Source of the DNA: a virus
Lineage: Duplodnaviria > Caudoviricetes
DNA length: 61,753 bases
Strand: one strand, 5' to 3'
IMG/VR virus record: IMGVR_UViG_3300033233_000040
Location: 1 to 61,753 of that record
In this document: positions 34,445-42,647 of the stretch, in pieces
Position numbering within the stretch: position 1 is the stretch's first letter
Layout of the letters: each line of letters starts with the position of its first letter
The notes under the pieces: model-generated
Database searches by the model: none
What the model was told of the DNA's origin: nothing
What the model saw: only the letters and a program-made list of their open reading frames with translations
Translations under genes and position numbers: made by a program

Positions 34445-34798
34445 ATGAAAAAGCTTTTAGTCTTCATGTTTTTGTTATGGAGCATTTCAGCTGCATACCA
34501 GTGCAGTATGTGTCGCGGCCGGGGCGAGGTTGTTTGTTCGTACTGCAAGGGTTCTGGTTGTGCGATGAGGTGTTTAACATGTAAAGGTACGGGAATCGTG
34601 ATGCAGAGATGCATAACCTGCAGAGGTTCTGGGCAATTGGCTTATGGGGCCTCCTGCTATTCTTGTGGTGGCATGGGTTTCACTCGGGAATCTTGTGGGT
34701 TCTGCAATGGGACTGGTTGTGGAAATCAGTGTTATACCTGCGGCGGAACGGGTGTTGTGTCCTGCACATTCTGCGCTGGGACTGGACAAAGAGAATAG
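34445..34798 (+). CDS. Exported protein made of eight DnaJ-type CxxCxGxG repeats
   Basis: Signal peptide MKKLLVFMFLLWSISAA followed by 8 CxxCxGxG motifs. Confidence 0.75.
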   Translation: MKKLLVFMFLLWSISAAYQCSMCRGRGEVVCSYCKGSGCAMRCLTCKGTGIVMQRCITCRGSGQLAYGASCYSCGGMGFTRESCGFCNGTGCGNQCYTCGGTGVVSCTFCAGTGQRE

Positions 34799-34827
34799 TT
34801 TTTCCATAACATTTTCAACGGAAAAGC

Positions 34828-34853
34828 AAAACCCGCCAAGGAGCGGGTTTTTT
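34828..34853 (+). terminator. Intrinsic terminator ending the lysogenic/moron operon
   Basis: AAAACCCGC-CAAGGA-GCGGGTTTTTT. Confidence 0.85.
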
Positions 34854-34871
34854 GTTGTTAAAAGAATATTC

Positions 34872-34901
34872 TTGACTTACCCGAAAATTAATCCGCATAA
34901 T
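34872..34901 (+). promoter_or_regulatory. Candidate late promoter upstream of terS
   Basis: TTGACT-18 bp-CATAAT, then SD AAGGAG. Confidence 0.55.
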
Positions 34902-34921
34902 TGTTGTAAAGGAGCCAGTAC

Positions 34922-35428
34922 ATGGCAACCGATAACGAACCGAAAAAGAAGCACCCCGGAGGCAGGCCGCCCGAGCCCATGACAAAGGCACAGCAGGACG
35001 CGGTGCTCGCCGCCATTGCGACGCAGGGCAGGTCGAACACGCGGATCTGTTTGGAGCTGGAAGTGAACGTGAACACGTTCTACAACCTGCTGGACTCGGA
35101 CGCGGAGTTTCTAAAGAAGTATCAGCTAGCCAAGCAGGCCCAGGCTGACGCGCTCTTTGACGAGATACTGGATATCGCGGATGATGCGAGTTCCGACGCC
35201 TATTACAACAGCAAGGGTGATCCGATCATTGACTTCGAAGTGGTTAACCGATCGAAGCTGCGGGTAGAATCCCGCAAATGGATGGTGGGCCGCCTGAATC
35301 CGAAGAAGTACGGCGACAAGCAGGAGGTCACGGTCCTGGACGGCGGCAAATCCGAGGCGCAGAAGGCCTGGGAGCAGAACAAGAAGGACCTGGGGCTCGA
35401 CAAAGCAAAGAAGAAAAAGAAGAAATAA
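34922..35428 (+). CDS. terS: Terminase small subunit (Sf6 gp1-like)
   Basis: GGRP, HTH, QADALFDEILDIADD, RSKLRVESRKW...LNPKKYGDK. Confidence 0.9.
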   Translation: MATDNEPKKKHPGGRPPEPMTKAQQDAVLAAIATQGRSNTRICLELEVNVNTFYNLLDSDAEFLKKYQLAKQAQADALFDEILDIADDASSDAYYNSKGDPIIDFEVVNRSKLRVESRKWMVGRLNPKKYGDKQEVTVLDGGKSEAQKAWEQNKKDLGLDKAKKKKKK

Positions 35429-35593
35429 AAAATGGGGAGTAACTTCAATTTTGCGGAAAGCGAGGTAACGACATGGTGACATAATCTTTATGAATTTCTA
35501 TTCTCGCACCGCAAAATGCGAGTTACTCCATTACCCCAAAGGCCATTCCAGGCCGGAAACGATCTGGAATGGCCTTTTGTTTTTGGAGCGTAA

Positions 35594-35839
35594 ATGAACA
35601 CATCGGCGAAATGGATCAAGCTGTTCTGCCGCGAGAAGGTGGGCGCAAAAAACCTGACCTGCCGGAACTATCTCGGGGACCTGCGCATCGACGTTCCCGG
35701 CACCTCGCGCCATTACTGCAAGAACTGCAACCACCTGATTGAATTCGAAGTCACCCCTTCGGGCGAAGTCTCCTTTGAAGTCCTGCCCAAAACATACCGT
35801 ACCGAGGCCCTGGACTCGGTCGCCATGGTGAGGAAATAA
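35594..35839 (+). CDS. Zinc-ribbon protein (Mu Com-like)
   Basis: C...CRNYLG...HYCKNC; TAATG overlap with portal. Confidence 0.5.
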   Translation: MNTSAKWIKLFCREKVGAKNLTCRNYLGDLRIDVPGTSRHYCKNCNHLIEFEVTPSGEVSFEVLPKTYRTEALDSVAMVRK

Positions 35840-38016
35840 TGGACCAACTCATTCAGACCGGCGCGAAGAACCCCGCTGACAGGCCGACCATGACCGAGCG
35901 GGTGCAGATGGTTGTCCAGAACTGGACCAGGGTAAAGCAGTATCACCAGCTCAACATCGACAATTCCATTGAGAACTGGCGGTACTACTTTGCGAAGAAC
36001 GCGGCGCAGGGGCTTGGCCAGTACCCCAAGAACGTGGCTGACATGCTTCTGGCCTCTTCGCGGCAGCTCCACCAGTACAACATCATCATGCCCACCGTGG
36101 ACAGCCTCGCGGGCGCGCTCCTGCAGATGAAGTTTGACCCTGAATTCATTCCCGTGAACGACCTTGCGACGAGCCTTACCGAAGCGGTTGAGAAGGCCTA
36201 CCACTCTGACAAAGAGATCATGGATTGGCCGGGAACCTGGCTTGATGTCGTCACCGGGGGCATGATCCACGAGGGTGTATGCAAGATGGTAATTTCGGAT
36301 AAATTTGACCCGCTCGGGAACATCGGCTTTGAAACCAGCCTGCCGGGCATGACCTTTTCCGATCCGACGTGGAAGAGTTGGAAATCCAGCGATTGTAAGA
36401 AGGTGTGGCACGAGGCCTGGTTGGACGCGGCGCAGCTCGTTGTCCAGTATCCCGAGATGAAAGCGGAGTTGGACTTTTACCTGAAACAACTCAAACTGAA
36501 CGGCATGGAGTATGGGCCGTTTTCCGGGGTTATTCCCTACCAGACCGGCACGGGCGTCTGGGGCAGCGCCTTCCGGATCATCGAGGAGTACGAGGTTGTC
36601 AGCGAAACGCGCAAGGTGGATTACGTGCTGACCCCGGACGGGTCCGTCATTATTCCCGCGGATGTGCCGGACATGGAAAAGATTGCATGGCTGAATCAGA
36701 ACGTACCGGATTGGCAGCCCGACCTTGTTCACGAAAAACCCATCAAGGAGGAGATCTGCTACATGCGCGCCGCGGCCCCGGAGATCAGCGGTCTCGATCT
36801 TCTGCAGGACAAGCCGACCGAAGTGCAGATTCAGGCGACGCCCTGGAAGTTTTATTCCGCGTCCAGGTTCAACGGGGAGCCCCATTCCGTCGTGGACTCA
36901 ATCAAGGACGCGCAGCAGAACATCAACTCGTGGGAATCCCTGATCACCTATAAGATCCAGGTCGAGGGCGGCGGGGGCAGCCAGTTCGCGGACGCCTCGA
37001 AGTTTCAGAGCGACAGCGTGTACAACGACTATGTGGCAAACAGAAATAATCCCAAAAAGGTTTTCCGCCTCAAACCCGGAGTGGATCCGGGCACCGTAAC
37101 CGCCCCTACTGTTAAAAGCCAATTTCCGCAGGAGGCATACAGTCATTTAAACCATATCCTGCAGGTCATGCTTCCGATGATCTCAAAGGTCACGCCCTCG
37201 TCGGTGGGCCGTTCGGAGGCCAACCAGCAGCAGATGAGTGGACGGCTGTATGAGATGATGAAGATTCAGTCCGACGCGCAGGCGTACACGCTCCATTACG
37301 GCCTGCGCATGTTCATGAACGACATCGCGGAGTCCTACCTCCTCCAGGTCCCCAAGACCTACAGCAACGAAGCGCAGCCCCGCTCGTTTCCGTTAAACGG
37401 CGGGAAAGAACGCATCACGCTCAACGAGCCCGTTGATCTTCCGGATGGGTCACAGGGTATCAAAAACGACGCGAGCCAGCTTGAGGTGCTGCGTCATAAG
37501 GTCATCATCAGTGAAAAACCGGATTCGCCGGCCACGCAGATGGACAACATCGACACCTTTACCAAGCTGATCACAGCCTTTTCTAGCAACCCGGACAAAT
37601 TTGTCACCATCAACAAGCTCCAGGGAAAAATCATCGAGAACCTGCCCCAACTCTCCCAGGAGGACAAGGAAGAACTGGAGGCGATCAACGCCAAAGAAAT
37701 CGAACTTGAAATAGTCACTCTTGAAGCGAGACTTATTAACGCGCAGATAGCACTTAAAACCGCCCAAGCCCAACTGCAGGCCATCGAAAACCCGCCCCCA
37801 CCCCCGCCCCCACCCCCTTCGAACGATCCCAAGATCCTCGCCGAACAGGCGGCAGCGGCCACAGGCGGTAAAGTGTCCATCTCGTTTGCGGCCGGGGGCA
37901 AACCCGGCGAGCAAGGAGCGCCTCAAAGTTTACCCATGCCCGCGGCACCGCCACAAGCGGCCCAGGCGCAACCCATAATGCCTAACGCGCCACAAGCGCA
38001 AGGAGCAGTCACATGA
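35839..38016 (+). CDS. Portal protein (P22-like)
   Basis: 725 aa; YNIIMPTVDSLAG, SVVDSIKDAQQNIN; coiled-coil and Pro/Gln-rich tail; position before scaffold. Confidence 0.8.
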   Translation: MDQLIQTGAKNPADRPTMTERVQMVVQNWTRVKQYHQLNIDNSIENWRYYFAKNAAQGLGQYPKNVADMLLASSRQLHQYNIIMPTVDSLAGALLQMKFDPEFIPVNDLATSLTEAVEKAYHSDKEIMDWPGTWLDVVTGGMIHEGVCKMVISDKFDPLGNIGFETSLPGMTFSDPTWKSWKSSDCKKVWHEAWLDAAQLVVQYPEMKAELDFYLKQLKLNGMEYGPFSGVIPYQTGTGVWGSAFRIIEEYEVVSETRKVDYVLTPDGSVIIPADVPDMEKIAWLNQNVPDWQPDLVHEKPIKEEICYMRAAAPEISGLDLLQDKPTEVQIQATPWKFYSASRFNGEPHSVVDSIKDAQQNINSWESLITYKIQVEGGGGSQFADASKFQSDSVYNDYVANRNNPKKVFRLKPGVDPGTVTAPTVKSQFPQEAYSHLNHILQVMLPMISKVTPSSVGRSEANQQQMSGRLYEMMKIQSDAQAYTLHYGLRMFMNDIAESYLLQVPKTYSNEAQPRSFPLNGGKERITLNEPVDLPDGSQGIKNDASQLEVLRHKVIISEKPDSPATQMDNIDTFTKLITAFSSNPDKFVTINKLQGKIIENLPQLSQEDKEELEAINAKEIELEIVTLEARLINAQIALKTAQAQLQAIENPPPPPPPPPSNDPKILAEQAAAATGGKVSISFAAGGKPGEQGAPQSLPMPAAPPQAAQAQPIMPNAPQAQGAVT

Positions 38017-39383
38017 GTCTAGTAAAGGACGAAAAGACCGAAAAGGTCACATTTAATTCTCTCGATGAGCTTAAAAATGCACTCAGGACCGACAAAGCCC
38101 TGGGCGCGGAGCTTATCGCGGATGAAAAAGCATTTTACGAGAAGTATCTGGCCAAAGCGGAGTCCGCGAGTGCGGACCCGAAAAAGCCGGAACCTCCCGT
38201 TAAACAGCCGGATGACGAAGAAATTACCGTCAAGGTCCGCAAGTCCACACTTGGATCCTACGCCAAGAACCGCACGCCTGAAGAGGCTGTTGTGGAACTG
38301 GCGCGGGGAAAGAGCGAATCGGACAAGACCATCGACTTCCTGAAGAACCACAAACTGCCGGGCGTGGAAGAGGAGAATATAAACCTCCGCGCCCAGACCC
38401 TCACCCTTAAGCAGGAGCTTGAAGCGTACAAGAAAAAGAAGGACGCCGCGCCCGCGGCGAAACCTGTCGAAGTCGCGCTTCCCGCTGACCTGGAGAACCT
38501 CGACCTTCTGGACCCTGACGCCCAGAAGAAGGTGATGGACACGTTAAAGCAGTTTTCCGCGGCCCTCAAGAGCACCCAGGAACAGAACCAGGCGCTTAAA
38601 AGCGAACTGGACGGCCTCAAAACTGACGTTACAAGCGCCAATGAGAGGACAAACGCCCGGGAGACTGAGGAGTCGCTCCGTAACAAGGTGGCAAGCGATC
38701 TGTCTGAAATCGACACAATCCGCAGACAGAACCCCGACCTATTCGTATCCCAGAGACCCTACGAGGCTATCCAGGGCGATTACGTCGCGTTTGTCGATGA
38801 TCTCTGCCTGATCGCGGGGGTCAAAGGGCCGGTCCGTGACGACAAAGGGGAGTTTACCCCGGAGGCGCGCGCGGCCTACGCCCTGTACCATGACGCGGAA
38901 AAGGGAAAGGAACTGAAGGAAAAGTGCGACAAAGAGGGCGTCGCCCTGCCGGAGGATTTCGCGGACATGATGCGCATGCACGAGATCCGGACGCAGAAGG
39001 TACGGATAATTAACTCGGCAACCGGTCGTATTGAAGAACACCCGCTCCCTCTCGAAGACGCGGTAAAGCAGTATAAGAAACAGAACGAACTTTCCCCGGA
39101 CAAGGCCCGGCTCGAAGGAGTCAAAAAGGGCCACGACGCCTATAATAAGGCCGTTGAAAAACGGGCTCAATTTGCCAAAGAAATACGCGCAAGCCAGGGC
39201 GCGTCGCCCGTGGACTTAAGCGCGGTGACTGCGGCGGAGGTTCGCGACATGTTTCTCGTGTATGACAACAGCGTCAAGAAGAGGAAGCCGGACCAAACCA
39301 CGAAACAAAAACTTGAGCACATTCTCCGCAACGTCAATCCGCCATGGAGCGAAGCGGATATTGCTGCTCGCTTAGGAGGCTAA
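38013..39383 (+). CDS. Capsid scaffolding protein
   Basis: Highly charged coiled-coil protein between portal and capsid. Confidence 0.65.
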   Translation: MSLVKDEKTEKVTFNSLDELKNALRTDKALGAELIADEKAFYEKYLAKAESASADPKKPEPPVKQPDDEEITVKVRKSTLGSYAKNRTPEEAVVELARGKSESDKTIDFLKNHKLPGVEEENINLRAQTLTLKQELEAYKKKKDAAPAAKPVEVALPADLENLDLLDPDAQKKVMDTLKQFSAALKSTQEQNQALKSELDGLKTDVTSANERTNARETEESLRNKVASDLSEIDTIRRQNPDLFVSQRPYEAIQGDYVAFVDDLCLIAGVKGPVRDDKGEFTPEARAAYALYHDAEKGKELKEKCDKEGVALPEDFADMMRMHEIRTQKVRIINSATGRIEEHPLPLEDAVKQYKKQNELSPDKARLEGVKKGHDAYNKAVEKRAQFAKEIRASQGASPVDLSAVTAAEVRDMFLVYDNSVKKRKPDQTTKQKLEHILRNVNPPWSEADIAARLGG

Positions 39384-39386
39384 CTT

Positions 39387-40733
39387 ATGGCAATCGTCGG
39401 AACCCCCACCGCGCTCGAAGCAACCGAGCTTCGAAAAATAGCGGTTGACACCAAACTGCAGTCGGACAGTGTACGTCCGAGTATTTTCACCGCTGTCAAG
39501 ACGGACTTCAAGTCCGTGGGCAACGAGATCATCATCACGAAACCCGGCCTGGTGCTGGACGTGACCAACGTGGGCAAAGGCCAGATGGGCCAGTCCGTCC
39601 GCATCGGTATGCGGCTCCCTCTCGACAAACGCGCGCGGTACGGAGACGAGACCGTTCTCTCCCACGAGGACGAATCCGTTCTGCTTTTCACCGAGGCGTT
39701 TTACAACGAGATCAAAAAGGGTGTGAAGATGACCACCTACGGGTACAACGCCAACGACGTGGCTCCGTACTCGTTCAACGAGGGCTACAGCGACCAACTC
39801 TCCAACTTCCACGCCGAGAACAACGACACGCGGTATCAGCAGGCGATTGTCCAGTCCTATTCCGAGGAACTCACCTACGCGCCCGTGTCCAAGAAACACC
39901 AGTTCAACAGCAACGTGGCGCTCCCGAACCAGGCGTACGCGAGTTATCCCGCGTGGGACAAGGATGACCTGACGCTCTCCGAGAGCGCGGCAGATTCCCT
40001 CGGGTACACGACCCGGACGTACAGCGGCGCGACCGCGTTTGCCGAGAACCTGGCCGCGGCCATGCTTGCCGCATCAGGGACCGGTGCCACGCCGAAGGCC
40101 ACGCTCACCGTGGACTTCCTCGCGGAAATCACCACGAACGTGGTGGACTACCACATGGTGGAGCCCATCATGCTCGACGGCGTGCCGAGCTACATCTTCA
40201 AGATTTCGCCGAAGGTGGCGGGATGGATGAAGAACCCGAACAACACGGGCTCGCTCGCGAAGTATTTCATGGACATCGCCGCGTACAAAAAGGGCGAGGA
40301 ACGGGATCTTCTGCCCGGCGAATGGGGCCGCATCTTCGAGCAGTTCGTGCTCATCGTGGACGCCAGGACCCCGACCCTGACCGTGGGCGGAACCGCGGGT
40401 TCGTACACGATCGTTCCCGGGTACATCTGGCCCGGAAACAACGACGACCGGAACAACGCGGCATGGAGCGCCGCTTCCGGTGCCACGAACTACGTGTTCA
40501 GCGCGTGCTCGATCCTGGGCGCGAACGCTGTCATGAAGTACACCCGCGACAACATGCGCGGCGGCCTCGTCGAAACGACCGAATACGACCAGATCAAGGG
40601 TATCTCCACCTACATGGGTGAAGGCATCATGATCCCGGCGTTCGACAAGCACACCCAGACCGACACAAGCCGCGTGTACCGCGGTTCGTGCCTGGTGCCG
40701 GTGAGCCACGCGACCATCGCGGCGCACAGCTGA
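39387..40733 (+). CDS. Major capsid protein (N4-gp56/DUF4043-like)
   Basis: 448 aa, strong codon bias, G..G.SV...RL..L.....GDE.V...E N-terminal pattern, followed by a terminator-like hairpin. Confidence 0.72.
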   Translation: MAIVGTPTALEATELRKIAVDTKLQSDSVRPSIFTAVKTDFKSVGNEIIITKPGLVLDVTNVGKGQMGQSVRIGMRLPLDKRARYGDETVLSHEDESVLLFTEAFYNEIKKGVKMTTYGYNANDVAPYSFNEGYSDQLSNFHAENNDTRYQQAIVQSYSEELTYAPVSKKHQFNSNVALPNQAYASYPAWDKDDLTLSESAADSLGYTTRTYSGATAFAENLAAAMLAASGTGATPKATLTVDFLAEITTNVVDYHMVEPIMLDGVPSYIFKISPKVAGWMKNPNNTGSLAKYFMDIAAYKKGEERDLLPGEWGRIFEQFVLIVDARTPTLTVGGTAGSYTIVPGYIWPGNNDDRNNAAWSAASGATNYVFSACSILGANAVMKYTRDNMRGGLVETTEYDQIKGISTYMGEGIMIPAFDKHTQTDTSRVYRGSCLVPVSHATIAAHS

Positions 40734-40752
40734 AGTTCGAGCGATTAAGGAC

Positions 40753-40789
40753 AAAGGGGGGCCGCCGGGTAATCCGGCCCCCTTTCTTT
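40753..40789 (+). terminator. Terminator-like hairpin after capsid gene
   Basis: AAAGGGGGGCCG...CGGCCCCCTTTCTTT. Confidence 0.6.
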
Positions 40790-40833
40790 AAAAACCAATA
40801 ACGCCAATACAGGCGAGAAAGAGAGAAACAAAA

Positions 40834-41910
40834 ATGGAACCACTCAACACGCTTACCAACACCGTGCCCTGGATGGACAAGGCCCACCAGGCGGTAATCC
40901 GGGCGGGACTCGGGCTTTTTGAACTACGCCTGCCGTTTAAGTCCATCCGCGACAGGCAGGTTTACGGACCCTTTGACGTGGAAGTGAACGAAGAAACCGA
41001 CAGGTCGCTCCGTTCGCGGTTCCGCGCGAAATGGTTCACGGGCGTGGATGCCTACGTGTCTTTCAGGGTGGACGACGACGGCAACGGGCTCGCGTGGCTC
41101 GTGGACGACATGTGGTGGCACAACCGCATCTACCTGATGGATTCGCCGCACCTTTTGAACGTGGTGAACCTGCACACGAAAAACGGCTTTATCCCCTCTT
41201 CCGTGGTGCTCGCCGAGATCGCGGCGCTCCGCCGTGCGCTCAAGGAAGAGCGCCCCATGTTCGAGATTTTCAAGGAGGGCAAACGGGAAGGATGGGACTG
41301 GGCGTGGACAAGGGAAGAGGCCGAAGCCAAGATCAAGAAAGAACAGTATGTAACCCCCCAGTTTGACCAGGCCACGGGCAAACTCGTTGCCATTCCCGGC
41401 AACGTCACGGCCTTTGAGATCAGGTCCGGCTCGCGTCTGGAGTACAAACCGAAGATCGCGGAACTCATCATGCGATACCGGCAGATGGAATTCGGCTGGA
41501 CCTCCTGCCAGGAGTTTCAGGAGATGGTAAAGGCCCCCGTGATCGAGGAAATGAAGAAGATCCGCACGGCCCTGAACGGCCAGCAGCAGGGGGGTATCAG
41601 CCCCGAGATGCTCGCTTCCTTACGCGAGTCCATCAAAGCGGACATCATGAACGAGATCGCCAAGGCGGGCGATGCCCGCGTTTCCGGGGAAGCCCAGACA
41701 GCGGCGGCTGCCGGCAGCGTACCCGAAACTACGAAAACCAACGCGCCCGCGGCGAATATCTACAAGCGCTGGGAACTGCAGAAGATGACCGCCCCCGCGC
41801 TTGTGAACCTGCTTGCCAGTAAGCAGATCGTGGCCACGGACATGAACAAGGCGGACATGATCGAGGCGGTCATGGGGTGCAACCCCAAGAACGAGGAGGA
41901 GGTTTCCTAA
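40834..41910 (+). CDS. Hypothetical protein with C-terminal HeH/Rho-N-like motif
   Basis: ELQKMTAPALVNLL......MNKADMIEAV. Confidence 0.6.
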   Translation: MEPLNTLTNTVPWMDKAHQAVIRAGLGLFELRLPFKSIRDRQVYGPFDVEVNEETDRSLRSRFRAKWFTGVDAYVSFRVDDDGNGLAWLVDDMWWHNRIYLMDSPHLLNVVNLHTKNGFIPSSVVLAEIAALRRALKEERPMFEIFKEGKREGWDWAWTREEAEAKIKKEQYVTPQFDQATGKLVAIPGNVTAFEIRSGSRLEYKPKIAELIMRYRQMEFGWTSCQEFQEMVKAPVIEEMKKIRTALNGQQQGGISPEMLASLRESIKADIMNEIAKAGDARVSGEAQTAAAAGSVPETTKTNAPAANIYKRWELQKMTAPALVNLLASKQIVATDMNKADMIEAVMGCNPKNEEEVS

Positions 41911-41911
41911 G

Positions 41912-42640
41912 ATGAGCATACCAGCCCTCATTGATAAGATCGCCCCCTATGCCAAGGGGTGGAACCGGACCGGAAACAAAAGCATCCTCGACCTGATCCA
42001 GCAGGGTCAGGATGAGCTTTTTGATTACGATTCTCCCTCCATGCTTTTTTACCCGACCGACAATGAGGGCTACCCTCCCTATCTCAAGACCGTGGACGGC
42101 ACGTTCCGGTATGACATCAAGGACGCGAATTTGTCCTCCCCTATTGCCGTCACGATCGGCGGGGCCAGCCGGTCGGTGCGCTGCCGGCGGGTGGAACGGG
42201 TTTTTATCGATTCCACCATGGCGGACTACACGGTCCAGGTGCAGGGCGAACCGTATGCCTACAACTTCCCGAACCAGTGCGGAAACAGTATCGCGCGCCT
42301 GCAGGTGGCGAACATTCCCATGCGCTCCTTTCCGGCCCTGGAAAGCACGGACGCCTATGTGCAGCTCCTTCACAATCCCGGCACCACCGCGGACAAGTAT
42401 TTCGTGGAATTTGTCTGGGAGCCCCCGCGCTTAACCGGCGAAGGGATGCCGCTCGTGATACCCCAGACCTACGAGAAGGCCCTGATGCGGTATGTTCTGG
42501 GCGAGATCCAGTTTTTGTCGAACGCCAAACCGAACGAACTCCAGCAGGAGTTTGAACTCATTTGGAAACCCCGCTTCCGCGCTGAGATGGGATACGGGGT
42601 GCAGCTTTCGAGCAATGAGACCACTCCCCGCTTAATGTGA
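41912..42640 (+). CDS. Head-tail adaptor-like protein
   Basis: LDLIQQGQDEL N-terminus, PLVIPQTYEKALMRY; position. Confidence 0.6.
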   Translation: MSIPALIDKIAPYAKGWNRTGNKSILDLIQQGQDELFDYDSPSMLFYPTDNEGYPPYLKTVDGTFRYDIKDANLSSPIAVTIGGASRSVRCRRVERVFIDSTMADYTVQVQGEPYAYNFPNQCGNSIARLQVANIPMRSFPALESTDAYVQLLHNPGTTADKYFVEFVWEPPRLTGEGMPLVIPQTYEKALMRYVLGEIQFLSNAKPNELQQEFELIWKPRFRAEMGYGVQLSSNETTPRLM

Positions 42641-42647
42641 GGAACGG

